From NCBI RefSeq assembly GCF_018350175.1, contig NC_058368.1, positions 175,400,001 to 175,464,000 on the forward strand: a stretch of 64,000 nucleotides of DNA, written 5' to 3'. The position numbers were made by a program, and so were the translations under genes. The notes beneath the pieces are model-generated. The model searched no databases and had not been told where the DNA came from. It saw only the letters and a list, made by a program, of their open reading frames with translations. Positions 1 to 13,009 of this stretch are shown here, in pieces (within the stretch, counting starts at the first letter, position 1; every line of letters starts with the position of its first letter). This DNA is from Felis catus. Its lineage: Eukaryota.

Positions 1-376
1 TAAGACGGGCGTTACAATGATTCCTAGCCCACAGAAGCCCTGAAAGGTGCCGTGAGGTGACCCAGATCGGATTAGCTTTGCTCTGAAGCAGGACACGTTC
101 AGCAAATGGCAGAAGGATTTCTGTCACGTTACCTCTTGGACGGAACTGCTGACCCTAAAATGGCGTGATAGGCCTCGAGAGTGAGCATTCGTTTTGTTCA
201 CGCCCATATTCTGTTTAATGCCTCTGCCGGGGTCAGTTCCTGGAGAAGGAGTTGCCTTTGTTTATAGGCTGTGCTTCCATATCCAAGATGATTGCATTGC
301 AAAGGTTTAAGAGGGACAGTAAGAATTATTAAACACAGTATAGTTGTTTTAACTTTATTTCTTATTTGTAATTTTT

Positions 377-585
377 TTCAACGTTTATTTATTTTTTGGG
401 GGTACAGAGAGAGACAGAGCACGAACGGGGGAGGGGCAGAGAGAGAGGGAGACACAGAATCGGAAACAGGCTCCAGGCTCCGAGCCATCAGCCCAGAGCC
501 CGACGCGGGGCTCGAACTCACAGACCGCGAGATCGTGACCTGGCTGAAGTCGGACACTTAACCGACTGTGCCACCCAGGCGCCCC
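377..585 (-). mobile_element. Young Can-SINE (SINEC_Fc type)
   Basis: tRNA-like head GGGGCGCCTGGGTGGC, (CT)n region and A-tail on the minus strand. Target-site duplication tcttatttgtaattttt at 360-376 and 586-602. CpGs intact. Confidence 0.95.
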
Positions 586-653
586 TCTTATTTGTAATTT
601 TTAAAACCAACCCTATAAGGTAGGTCTTATCATTTATAAATGAGGAACATAAC

Positions 654-886
654 GGGCTCCTGGGTGGCTCAGTCGGTTGAGCATCCGACTTTGGCTCAGG
701 TCATGATCTTGCATTTCATGGGTTCGAACCCTGCGTCGGGCTCTGTGCTGACAGCTCAGAGCCTGGAGCCTGCTTCGGATTCTGTGTCTCCCTGTCTCTC
801 TGGGCCTCCCCCACTCATGCTCTGTCTCTCTCTCATGCTCTCTCAAAAATAAATAAACATTTAAAAAAATTTTTTAAATAAAATAC
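654..886 (+). mobile_element. Can-SINE inserted into a MIR
   Basis: Typical head, (CT)n and A-tail. TSD atgaggaacataa on both sides. The flanks rejoin into MIR-like sequence. Confidence 0.93.
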
Positions 887-2374
887 ATGAGGAACATAAG
901 ACCCAAAGACATTAAGTCACTCTCCTAAGTAAACTCAAATAATGAACTGAGAAGCAGAATTTGAACTCAGGTATGATCCCAAAGGCTGGGATCTTCCACT
1001 CATTCTACTTCCTCTGGAATGGCTACTATTAGAGTGGCTGTTTGGAATACAAAGGTCTTCTCCATCCCTAAACCAAAAGGATTGTATTATTACACTATTT
1101 GGCCAGCTCCCCATGGAAGCCCCCAAAAACCCATTAAAGAAGCCTATTCTCCAGAGCCCCAATGAATCCCACTAAGTAAATTGCTTTTTGAAAGGAAAAG
1201 GAAAATGAAACATCTGTGGCCTGAAACTTTATATGAACAATAATTCAAGGGTCTTTCTCAGAACCCGGAAAGGGAAACCCCCTATGGAAGGGGTGTAGAA
1301 GTGTGGACCCAAGTAGAGCCAGGAATTCATTAACGTTTGTAGAGCCCTTGAAAGAGAAAAAGCACAATTTAAACTGGAACATTCCAAAGCAATTCTTTTC
1401 TCAGCTTAATTTGCTATTGGCATAATCATGAGAAAGAAGAAATGAGGGTCTGGGGGCCCAGCTTATGTGGGAGACAAACCTCTGGCCTCCTGAAGTATTT
1501 TTCATTTCCAAAGTACGAACCATTGTTCGACTTGGGCCAGAGGACGTGAAGACCTCTGACAGGGAGGCTGTTACAGGATGGAGAGGCTGAGGGCTTACTT
1601 CACAAGGTTGTGCCTTTCTGAGTTGACGAATGAAACACAAACACAGAATAGAGATATAAGCAAGTGCATCCTTGATCCAAACAACCTATTAAGATGCAAG
1701 GAGTCAGCATTTCCTGGTCACCTACTATGTGCAAGTATAGAACAGCCAAGCAACATAAATGAGAGAAGAGGGTTGGTGGTGAGGCAATAGGACTGGGGTA
1801 ACTGAGGTGGGGGGGAAAGGCCACATCTACAGGGGACAGCGGCAGCTCAGACCCAGGCAAATGCCGCCAAGGACAGGAATGAGGACCTATTACAGCTGAT
1901 TTTCTGCTTTTTCAAGAAAAGACGGAGATTCTGAACTTCAAGTGAAACATCCCACTTTTCAAATTAGGGGCCGCAGGTGCAAAATTATGTTTTCTTTCAT
2001 TACTCATCTTAAATGTTTCAAAGACCTTATAAAATTGGTCTTTGCAGCCCTACTTTATAGGAAATAAGTTTCCAAAAGTGGTTGGGTCGGGGTCAGGTAG
2101 CGACAAAGGTTGAAACGAGGACTTGGGCCCTGGAAGGATTCTAGGAGGGAAGGGATGAGGTCCAAGGTGAGGCGACGCACGTGAGCGGTTTGGAGATGGG
2201 TGGAAAGCCAGCTCCCAGGTGGCACCATGAGCACGTATGACCAATTACTGGACAGGGCAGGGGGGTGTTATTAAAGGGCTCTGGAGCATGTGTCCACAAA
2301 ACATCTCCAAAGAGGCCTAGCACCTTCTACCACAGTGGATGCGGGGGATGTGGGGGTGTGGAGAAGAAGGACCT

Positions 2375-2530
2375 GACATTTATTGAGTATCTGCTATGAG
2401 CCAGGCACTGGGTTTTGCACGCATCACTCCACTGAGTAGACACAACGACTGTTTGATGAAGATATGACTGTCCCTGTTTTACCGAGGTGAGGTGAGGGGA
2501 CTTACCCGGGTCACACGGCAAGGCCAGGTC
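2375..2530 (-). mobile_element. MIR SINE remnant
   Basis: catttattgagtatctgctatgagccaggcactg ... gaggtgaggggacttacccggggtcacacggc resembles the MIR core in reverse. Confidence 0.7.
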
Positions 2531-2984
2531 AAGGCCTTCTTTCTAACATGTGCTGGGCTGGGCCTTCTTCCTGCCTGGGCTGCTGAGCAAGGTGAGTCCT
2601 GGAGCAACCTTGTCACTCACCAGCATTTTGTAAATATGGTCCAGACAAGGAGACGCTCACAAATCTGGCCAGGGCTCTTTTGCACAAGGTGAAACTCAGT
2701 AAATTAAGATGTCACACAAGCCTTGCTGTTTCCACAAGGAGTGACTGTAGCTACAAATCTGACCCAACATGCAGGCAAAATGCGCTGTGGGCAGGTAGGT
2801 AGGTCAGGCGCTTTATTTACTGCTGCCACGATTATGATTTTAATTTGGTGTGAAGGAAACAAAAGGCTTCTGAGGGATCAACATACAGGTGGCGCGGAAG
2901 TTCAGTGTTGGCTTCGCAGAGACGGGGAAGCAGGGACTTAAAAGGGAAGCAGTGGGAGGTGGGAGGAGGAGGTAGGCTCAAGCA

Positions 2985-3170
2985 CCAGACTGGCCTGGGA
3001 TCCAGTCTCTGCTCCACCATCCCCTGGCTGTGTGACCTTAACCAAGTAGCGCCACCTCTCAGAGCCTCAGTCTCCCATCTGCAAAAATGGGATTATCATG
3101 CCAGCTGCCTACCAGCCACATTGGAAGGACTCGCAAAGACACCGGAGGTAAAGCTTCCAACAACGCTGAG
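2985..3170 (+). mobile_element. MIR SINE remnant
   Basis: gctgtgtgaccttaaccaag...cctctcagagcctcagtctcccatctgcaaaatggg is the MIR core. Confidence 0.75.
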
Positions 3171-5688
3171 TATCATCACTGTCGTTATTACTGAAATACA
3201 TTCCCGAAGCGGTCACCCGTAGAAGCAACTGCTTCACTTCCTGTCACTGAAATGGTCGACGCTTAGCTGTACCTCTTAATTTCATCAGAAATGGTCTGGT
3301 GAGTCAGAGCCTTAATTAACTTTTGCACGGTGTTTTTGGGGGCAGGGATCGCGCCCTTGCACTTTGCCCGTTCTCCCTGGCTCCCAATAATGGAAGTGTA
3401 TGTCCCTCATAAATTGTTCTGACTCTACAAACACGAGCCCAATCACCCAGTAGACACACAAAGTAGTGCACACAGCCAGCCTGCAAGGCCGCAGAGAGAC
3501 CTCTCCCCAGCAGCACACTAAAGCAAGGGCTTGGAACCTAATGAAATTACCTTCCCTCTGCCGAGTTCCCTGCAGGGATTGCAGTCTGGGCTCCTGTTTT
3601 TGTCCTCATTCGGCTGTGACCTCAGGCTTTCCCCTCTCGGCAGTCCCTCCCCGGTAGGATGAGTTGGGCATTGTGACCCAGAGTGAAGGGTCATGTCCTT
3701 TCCTATCCGCCGCTGTTTGCAGGATTGCAGAAAACCAAAGGGTTGGGAGTGAGGTTCAGGTCAGGGCTGCTTCCCAGACGTGGAAATCAAGCAGGGCAAA
3801 AGACGCAGAGAGTAGAACGTTGTTAACAACAGGCTCCGTGGCTGAGATAGTCAGCGCGACATTCGCCTGTGCCGTCTTCTGGAGAGTCCCCAGCCTTGAG
3901 GATTCATCTTGGCAGCCCCTGTATCTGGCCAGGGCTTGGCTGCAGTAGGTGTTCAATAAATCCGTATGGAGTAAGTAAATGCCACCTAACTAGTTTCATT
4001 CGTCTTATTTTTATGACACCCCTCCCCCGCCCATCTTTTCCCAGAAGTGATCGAAAGCAACCTACATGCTACGTGATCTAGTAATCACTAACATTCACTG
4101 AGGGCTCACAGCGTGCCAAGTTCTGCCCTGAGTCCCTGACAGGGCTTCTCCCCTGTGTCTTCATAACAATCCTTTGTGACAGGTATTGTTAGGATTACCC
4201 ACATTTCACAGATGAGGAAAATAGTAAGGAAGTAAGTGGAAGGAACAAAGATGGGATAAATGGGAGGCCGGTGTTATCACAGTGCCCATACTTGGAGCAG
4301 AGGGGCAAAAATCGACTCAGGGTTTATAGCAGCCCGACCAAAGAAAGAAGGAGATCTCTTAGAGTCCAGAAGATGAAAACAAACCGCTCGGAAGATGCAC
4401 AAATAAATGGTTTTCGTCTGACTTGTGTGGCCTTGGGCAAATCAGCTCTGTCTCACCCTCTGTGTTTTCCTCTGTACAAAGGCAGTGCTTACAGTACTGT
4501 CCCCCTACCGGGGCAGTTATGAAGGTCCAGGCGACGATAAAGACGGCAAGCCCAGTGCCTGGAGCCCAGAAGACACTCCATCAATATTCGCCCTCCTATA
4601 TTTTCTCTGGCCTTTCTCCCCATCCACTTATTGAAGGAGGCATCTGGGAGTGTGGGTGTTTGACTGTAAAATCATCGGCAAGGCTGCCCAGCCAGCTCAT
4701 TATTACTTAAAAAGAAGAAAGGAGCTGTGCAAGGCGTCTCGGGGCTTTTCAAACACGCCTGCTCCTGAATTTCACGAGCAGCGGGTGGCTGAACGGTTTG
4801 GTGAGTTCCAGCCTGGGCCCTGCTTGAGATCCACGTTAAATGAAAGGTGCCTCCCACTCCCCATTATGGTGCCGTGCCCTGGGAGGCTCGGGAAAGTCAC
4901 GCTTTTCCGACATCTCCTGCAGCCGAGAAAGGCAATTGATTTTCCTGGCCTCATTTTTCGTGTTTTAAAGAACTATGTCCCCAGGGCTCCTCTGAGAGCT
5001 GAAACGGAGAAAAATCTCATTCATATGTTACCATGTAACCTAAAGACTAATCATGCACCTGACAACAGATATGGGCGGAACACCTAGTCCACGGCAGATC
5101 CAGGGCCAGGCGCACGGGCCGCAGGGACGTGGGCAGCTACACGGTCTCTACCGTCAAAAGAGCCCTTTAGAAGGAAAGCAGTGAGGAAGACAGCACCACG
5201 CAACGAAGCCAGCCTGGAAGGAGAGCGGGAAGAGTGACGTGGGCAGAGAGAACAGCGTGTGTAAAGGCGTGGGGATGTGGATGTTACCAGACGGTGAAAG
5301 AGGAAGCTTGATGGGTAAATAGAGGCAAGCTCAAGAAGGAGTATGGGGTCAGACTAGAGTTTATTGGGACGACAGGAGAGCTAACATGTGTGTGATATCT
5401 GGGGTCCACTGACATGCTTCCATTTGAACATTAAATATTGCTCTGGCAGTTTGGATGGAGATTCAGTTGGAGGGGGTAAAATTCGGAGGTGGGAAGACCA
5501 GTCAAGGGCTCTAAAAATAGTCCAGCCCTGAACACATATTCCACGGGTGGCTTCTTCAGGGCCTAGCACGGAGCTAGGTATCTGGGGAAGTAAACCTAGG
5601 TCTGCTGGGTGCCCACTGCATTTTGATGCTTTACAGATGTTTTCTCATCTAAGTATTACTAAACAAGATTGGTGTCTCCATTTCACAG

Positions 5689-5690
<2 letters not shown>

Positions 5691-5720
<30 letters not shown>
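5691..5720. repeat. poly(A) run of 30 nt
   Basis: Direct read; lies inside a MIR-like segment. Confidence 0.9.
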
Positions 5721-5723
<3 letters not shown>

Positions 5724-6233
5724 AGCTCAGGGAAGTACAGAGAGGTGAATCACACTGGGAGCTCCACGGCTGAAAATAAGTGTGGCCCTACTCTGCAGAC
5801 CAGCGTCAGAGATGACAGCAGGCTCCAACATGAAAGGAGAGACAATTTGCTGTCTCTTTGGAGTGAGATGCTGTAAACTAGAGCCAAAAATAATTCATGT
5901 GTGCCTAAAGGGTAAACTGTAAATACAGAGCCCCGAGCTCTATTGATATTCAATGATAAGTGATGTTGCTTTAAAATCAAATAAATATACACACATGGAG
6001 GTTTTAGCTGTATGCCATCATCTCCGGAACATTAGATTGTGGGCCAGGTCTGGTACTTCCATGAATCACCCATACCACCTACCCCAAGGCTTGGGTCACG
6101 GTGGCTATTTGGTAAATACTTATTGACTGAATGGGGTCACTTAGAAAAAAAATGCTGAAGGGGGTTACAATTAAGAGAATGACAATGGGTGCGTTTCAAA
6201 AAAAAAAAAAAAGCTTTCAAAGCTTTAGAGAGG

Positions 6234-6994
6234 CATCGGGGAAATACAAAACAAAACCACATTCAGATATCACCTCACGCCAGTCAGAGTGGCCAAAATG
6301 AACAAATCAGGAGACTATAGATGCTGGAGAGGATGTGGAGAAACGGGAACCCTCTTGCACTATTGGTGGGAATGCAAACTGCTGCAGCCACTCTGGAAAA
6401 CAGTGTGGAGGTTCCTCAAAAAATTAAAAATGGACCTACCCTATGACCCAGCAGTAACACTGCTAGGGATTTACTCAAGGGATACAGGAGTACTGATGCA
6501 TAGGGGCACTTGTACCCCAATGTTTATAGCAGCACTCTCAACAACAGCCAAATTATGGAAAGAGCCTAAATATCCATCAACGGATGAATGGATAAAGAAA
6601 TTGTGGTTTATATATTCAATGAAGTATTATGTGGCAATGAGAAAGAATGAAATATGGTCCTTTGTAGCAACGTGGATGGAACTGGAGAGTGTTATGCTAA
6701 GTGAAATAAGCCATACAGAGAAAGACAGATACCATATGTTTTCACTCTTATGTGGATCCTGAGAGACTTAACAGAAGACCATGGGAGAGGGGAAGGAAAA
6801 AAAAAAAAAAAGAGGTTAGAGTGGGAGAGAGCCAAAGCATAAGAGACTCTTAAAAACTGAGAACAAACTGAGGGTTGATGGGGGGTGGGAGGGAGGGGAG
6901 GGTGGGTGATGGGTATTGAGGAGGGCCCCTTTTGGGATGAGCACTGGGTGTTGTATGGAAACCAATTTGACAATAAATTTCATATATTGAAATA
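6234..6994 (+). mobile_element. Young 5'-truncated carnivore LINE-1 (ORF2 C-terminus plus 3'UTR)
   Basis: ORF 6289-6762 is the L1 ORF2 C-terminus with the CCHC knuckle CWRGC...H...WEC and ends at the normal stop. G-rich 3'UTR tract present. Perfect 15-bp TSD aaagctttagagagg at 6219-6233 and 6995-7009. Confidence 0.95.
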
Positions 6995-7074
6995 AAAGCT
7001 TTAGAGAGGTAGTTGGGTACAAATAAATTTTGTTTATTAATTTTTCACATATTTACTGAAAACTACCTACACCC

Positions 7075-9049
7075 TCCTAATAATACTAAGCCAGATGACT
7101 TTATGTTTTAATTTTTTTAAAAAAAAAGTTCAAAGAAACAGATGATTTCTCTATTCTTTCAAATTTTTTAGAGCACTGAGAAAGAAAAAGGCATGTTCAT
7201 TCTCTTTACAAAGACAACATAATAATAACACCATACCTGACAAAGACAGCACACACACAAAATCACTCAACGTAACCTCACAACATTATTAAAGCCAAAT
7301 TTCCAAATAATATATTATCAGACAGAATTCAGGAGTATACCGTGACCAAATGTGGACATGTGAGAATGGCTTAGTATTTAAAAATCTGTTTGCATAATTT
7401 ACCATAATGCCAAGCCAAAGAAGACAAACCATACATGCAGAAAAGGCATTTGGGGGAAAAAAAATCCATGAAAATATAAATGGCGAAATGTTAGGAATAG
7501 CAGACCTGAAGGTACTGGCCAATGCAATTAGACAAGAAAATGATATGAGGAGTCTAAAAACAAACTACAGGGGAAAGAGCACAAGGAGACTAAATATCAG
7601 ATAGGAGAGCAATATTAGCATTAGTGGTAGATGGTACAATTACATATGTAGAGAACACAAAGGGTTACATTTTTACACAAAGTATTAAAAACAGGAGAAG
7701 TTAGTAACAACTACCCGGTGGGCAAAGAAATGTACAAAATTCAAAAGGATTTTTATTAAATGTAAATAACAACCAGTTAGCAAATATAATGGAAGGAAAG
7801 GTCCCTTTTACAATATCAACAAAAAAATAGATAAAATACTTTGGAATAAACTTAATCAGAACTGTAAAGATGATTTTAAAGTTCAGCTAGAACCTCTAAA
7901 AAAGACTTTGGCAGATGCAAGGTTAAATGTGTAGCTACATAGACCCAATACTTTACAGATGTAGCTTCTCCTCAAATGAATCTATTAATTCTTGTAACTA
8001 ATATGAAAAAGTAGCATGAGTTTTTTTGGAACCTAAAAATTATATTAGTATTTATCTGGAAAAGGAAACGCACTAGAAGGGGGTAAGGTGTTTCTGAAAA
8101 ATCAAAGGAATGAGGGAAGCACAGTTTACACAGATTGTAAGATGTGTCATAAAATTATGTAATGGAGACAACTTGGTATTGTCTCAACTTTCAATACCAA
8201 ACAATTATAAGATCAATGAAAGAAGAGAGAGCCCAGCAGTAAATTCAAATATATACGGGAATACAATATCTAAAAACAGTGGCATGACAAGTCCGGGAGA
8301 GGAAAGGTTAACTAATGAATGTGGAACGAGTGGCAAACTGCCATTCACAAAGAGAGAAAGCTGGATTCCTACCTTACTCATTGCAAATTCCAGATGGATC
8401 AAGATTCTAACATAGAAAATAAAATCATAAAAGTATCAGAAGAAAACATGAGTTCAGGGTGGGAGAAGGCCTTGATTTTTATAGAATCAAATGTATCAGT
8501 ATTTTCCCTTATGCCTTCTGGGGTTGGTGATTAATTTAAGTTAAAGCAAAAGTAGGAAATCTTGCAGGCTTAATAAATAAGTTACACCATACGCAAAACC
8601 AAAAGGCAAAGGTCAACTCAGAAAGTACCAAATAAGTGAGAATGACTAAGTTCTCAGCTTTGGGAAGAGGCCACACCCATCAGTAGGAAGGAACAGCAAG
8701 TGGTCCAACCAAATAGGATGTTTTCCAGGAAGGAAACAAAGGTCAAACAGTCAATTAGTAAACAGAAAGGGGCTCCATCCCCCTGATAATGAAAGATACA
8801 CAAACCTAAACAAAGGTGAGGTGCCATTTACTATGTATCAGATTGGTAAAGCTTTTAAAGATTGTTAAAATCAGCAATGTGGGGAAGAACACACTTTCAG
8901 GCATGATGGAGGAAGAACACACTGGTGGAAACATTTTAGTAGATAACTTGGCCAAACTTATTAAAATTGAAGACCCAAAGACTCTTTGGCAAAGCTTGTA
9001 AGATAAAGATTCTCATATTCTACAAATATACTTGAAAAATATATGAAAG

Positions 9050-9091
<42 letters not shown>

Positions 9092-9400
9092 ACACGCACA
9101 CTAGGAGGTTCACTGCAGCAGAGTTTCTCACGACAAAAGACTGAAAGCTGGAACAACAATAGGGCACTGATTTTGAAAGATTATGAAAACCCTCAGTCGA
9201 CAGTCATTAACAAGAACAAAAAAGGATCTCAATGTGCTGATGTGGAAAGATCTCTGAGACATATTATTAAGAGAAATCAAGCAAGGTGCTGGAGAATATA
9301 TATAAAATGGTCCCATTTGAGAAAACAAAAAGGATATCAAATGTATATATGCATATGTAAATCTATATATGCTGACATGTAGAAAATGTCTCTAGATGGG
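7075..9400 (+). mobile_element. Old, highly degraded L1M-type LINE-1 (ORF2 fragments to 3' end)
   Basis: A-rich strand bias with decayed ORF2 motifs, e.g. ...LKVLANAIRQE... in ORF 7407-7604, ggaataaacttaa, ggattcctaccttactcattgcaaa. Confidence 0.75.
9051..9090. repeat. (TG)n microsatellite
   Basis: Direct read. Confidence 0.95.
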
Positions 9401-9414
9401 AACATAAACCATTC

Positions 9415-9623
9415 CTGGACCATCCAATAGAGCTTTCTGCAATGATGGAAATGTCCGATAAATTTGAGCCATCCAATATGGTAGCCACTAGACTCCTGTG
9501 GCTATTAAACACTTGAAATGTAGCTTGTGTGACTGAGGAATTAAATTTCGAATTTTATTTCATTTTGATTAATTTCAGTGAGTATAGCCACATCTGGCTA
9601 GAGGCTTCCAATTTGGACAGCAT
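9415..9623. mobile_element. MER3 (hAT-Charlie MITE)
   Basis: tccaatagagctttctgcaatgatggaaatg...ccaatatggtagccactag...tgtggctattaaacacttgaaatgt...ttggacagca follows the MER3 consensus. Confidence 0.85.
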
Positions 9624-9979
9624 AGACATAGACAATGGCTAGTTGAGGTGGGAAGGATTAGGAAGGGAGAGAAAAGGAGACATTTTTCAGTTTATGCTTC
9701 TTATACTGTAGGAACTTTGCACATGTAGATGTGTTACTCTTATTTAAAGAGAAAAGTTACGGACCACCTATTGTTTTCAAGGCCACAGGGGATGTAGAAC
9801 TCAGGCAGGGGTGACGTCTGTCTTCAAGAGCCCAGGCTTTCACAGGGCATTGGAAAATTGTAGTTAAGAAAATAGCTGCACAAAGGAGGTGAAGTTGACC
9901 GGCTCTCTCCAGTGAGGAAAATCCCAGAGGAAACAGTTCCACATCTGACAGAGGGGAAGGGAGGACAAGCTACTAGGAT

Positions 9980-10380
9980 GGTCTTCATCCAGGAGGTGAT
10001 GTTTGAGCCAGGTCAATGAGATAAATAGGTGGGCCCTAGACCCTGGGGGAGAGAAAAGTATTCAGGGTGCAGGAAACAGCTAAGCCAAGGAGTGGAGGAG
10101 ATAGGCCAGAGTGTGCCCAGGATCCTGTGAGTAATATAGGTTGGCGGGAGGAACTTGAAGGCAGGAAGGAGGGGAGATTGAAGAGATGAGCAAAAGACAG
10201 GTCATGAGGACCGCGTGCAATGAACTAAGCAGTTCAGATATCACTGTGAAGGCCAGGGAAAGCCCCAAAATGATTTCAAGCAAGAGTAAAAAGTGATCAC
10301 AATGATTTTGAGAAGAGACACACATTGGCTGTGACATGGAAAGTCAAAATCAAAGGTTGAAGCTGGAAGTGAGGGTGCAG
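9980..10380 (-). mobile_element. L2 LINE remnant
   Basis: ggaggtgatgtttgagc, aggaaacagctaagccaagg, gggaaagcc...gatttcaagcaag...gtgatcac are typical reverse-strand L2 motifs. Confidence 0.6.
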
Positions 10381-10751
10381 TTGAAATATATACGAGACTT
10401 ATTTTTAGCCTCTACAGAGAAATAATAAGAAAGCTATTTATGGGTCTTAAATTGCATTCTGCTCATGAAACAATCACATTTGGTCTGTTTAGAGTTAGGC
10501 AGTACCAAGGGAAAAGAGAATTCAAAGGGCAGTATTTTTCCCAGCTCCCAAGGCCATCTCATTTTTATTGAACCCCTAGGACCTTGAGAAGTCTTTTGTC
10601 TTTACCTTAACTAATTTTTCCAGGGCTTCAAATCTCCAGGAGATGGCTAGGATAAGAAACTGAATAACTCAACAAATCTGACATATCTCAGTGGGGCAAG
10701 AGTGGCGTGATTCTTGTTTTTCGACCAAGAAACATGGTGGCAAATCCTAGA

Positions 10752-10992
10752 CCAATGCTTCTTCTCCTTGGCACCCATGACATTTGGTGCAGGATAATAC
10801 TTTGTAGGGGTCATCCAATGCGATACAGGCTGTTTAGCAGCATCCCTGGCCTCTACCTACTAAATGCCAATAGTATACACACACGGGTGCACACACAAAC
10901 ACACGCACAGGCCACAGCCGAGACAGCCATAAATGTCTCGCATTGCCAAGTGTCCCCCGGATGCAAAATCACCCCTGGTCGAGAACCACTGT
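10752..10992. mobile_element. MER20 (hAT-Charlie)
   Basis: gacatttgg...ggataat...tttagcagcatccctggcctctacctactaaatgccaatag...caaaatcacccctggtcgagaaccactg. Confidence 0.85.
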
Positions 10993-11379
10993 AAGAACAT
11001 CAAAGACAGAGGAGCCCTTGGAGACAATCCTACCCAACTTCCTCATTTTACAGATGGGAAAACTGAGGTCCAGAGACTGAGCCTAGAAGTCAGGCATCCT
11101 CACCCAGGTTAGAGGTTTTTTTTGGACACTAGAGATCTTTTTCTTAGCTTCAAAGAAATGCAGTTAAAAACAAATCGGCAGAATTTTCATTCAAGTCAGC
11201 TTCATCTACGTGTGTATTCATTTATACTTTCTCTCTCTCCTCTCTCTGCCTTCTCTCTTTCTTTCCCTGATATACATGATTCAGCCTAGAATTTCTATTT
11301 ACTGATTTGGTTTTCTAGCCACAAATGCGACCAAAATTATTATTATTATTGTTGTTGTTGTTGTTGTTATCTAAAAAAA

Positions 11380-11584
11380 TGTTAAGTTTGTTTATTTATT
11401 TATGGAAAGAGAGAGCGAGAGAATGCAAGCAGGGGAGGGGAAGAGAGAGAGAGAGAATCCCAAGCAGTCTTGGTGCTGTCGGTACAGAACCCAACCTGGG
11501 GCTCAAGCTCACGAACTGTGAAATCACGACCTGAATCAAAATCAAGAGTCAGACGTTCAACCGACTGAGCCATCCAGGTGCCCC
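11380..11584 (-). mobile_element. Can-SINE (older)
   Basis: Reverse-strand head ending caggtgcccc, (GA)n tract and T-rich tail. Confidence 0.9.
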
Positions 11585-11750
11585 TATTATAATTATGTTA
11601 TTAGTAAAACATCCACTCTCTCTAATTCGGCATTTTGTTTGTTTGTTTTCCCCTTGTTCACAGTGAAGAGGGTAAGCGGAAGATATCTAATATATACCAG
11701 GGGCTACTGTGTGCCAGAGCCTCTGACAGGCACATCACAAACATAATCAG

Positions 11751-11976
11751 GGGGGCCTGGGTGGCTCAGTCGGTTGAGCGTCCGACTTCGGCTCAGGGCA
11801 TGATCTCGCGGTTTGTGAGTTCGAGCCCCGCGTCGGGCGCTGTGCTGATAGCTCAGAGCCTGTTTCAGATTCTGTGTCTTCCTCTCTCTCTGCCCCTCCC
11901 CTGCTGGTGCCCTGTCTCTCTCTCCCTCAAAATAAACACTAAAAATACAAAAATTAAAAAAAAAAAAAAAAAAAAA
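11751..11976 (+). mobile_element. Can-SINE
   Basis: gggggcctgggtggctcagtcggttgagcg head and long A-tail. Confidence 0.93.
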
Positions 11977-12760
11977 CGTAAACGTTACAACAATCCTTGG
12001 AAGTGGGCATGGGTATCCAGCACCCGTCAGATTGCATAACGCGACTGAGTTCAAGTTGTGGAGAATTAGAATGAGCTCACAATTAACACCCAAGTAAGAG
12101 TTGACTGTTTCCAGAGAACTGAATTCCCTCCCAGTTTCTCAAATCGTGGAGCTGAGGGGCTTGTCAGCACCTCCAGGAGGAAGCTAGGCCTGTGTGGCAG
12201 TTGCTATGACAACTAATTTTCTTATAATTATAGAACATGGTGGTGACACATGAGCTGCACACACAGTCACTTTGTTAGGACCTGTCTACCTCTGACAGTT
12301 CCAGGAGCTTAAACATCACAAATTTTTTTTAAATCACATTTAATATAATCACGCATTGTGGCAACGGAGGCCCAGAGAGCAAGAAAGTCAGGAGACGAAC
12401 CCTCCCACCGTGTGATGGGACCGAGAGGCAAAGCCACGTGACAAGCAGTGAGGAAAATGGCATTTCTCCCTTGGGAACTTCTGCTTCTCTTTTTCCTTCT
12501 TGGATCAATGCATTTCAGGGCTTGGCCAAACAGTGTATTCAAAGAAAAGAAAGAAGAAAAGAGCCAAAGCAAAATTAGACTAATGCTTGGCAAACAGCAA
12601 GGATAGGCAGCAAAATTTAGCATTCTAACAGAACAACACTTCTCAGTTTAGTTTAATTTAGCCAATTCCCAAAATGTGTAGGTTTTCCCAATTTGGAAGA
12701 TGGGTATAGACAAAAGACCACATATAGACACTCACACATACACTCAAGAACACCCATAGA

Positions 12761-12883
12761 GGGGTGCCTGGGTGGCTCAGTCAGTTAAGCGTCTGACTCT
12801 TGATTTTGGCTCAGGTCATGATCTCAGGGTCGTGAGATTGAGCCCCGACTTGGGTTCTGCATTGGGCGTGGAGCCTACTTAAG

Positions 12884-12931
<48 letters not shown>

Positions 12932-12983
12932 TGCCCCTCCCCCACTTTCTCTCTCTCTCAAAACAAAAAAAAGAAAGAAGGAA
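12761..12983 (+). mobile_element. Can-SINE, different subfamily, with expanded (CT)n
   Basis: Head ggggtgcctgggtggctcagtcagttaagcgtctgactcttg, long (CT)n tract, TSD aaca(c/t)ccataga. Confidence 0.9.
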
Positions 12984-13009
12984 AACATCCATAGACACAC
13001 ACATCACAG

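Noticed and set aside
654..730. tRNA-like A/B-box sequences
   Set aside because: Heads of tRNA-derived SINEs, not tRNA genes.
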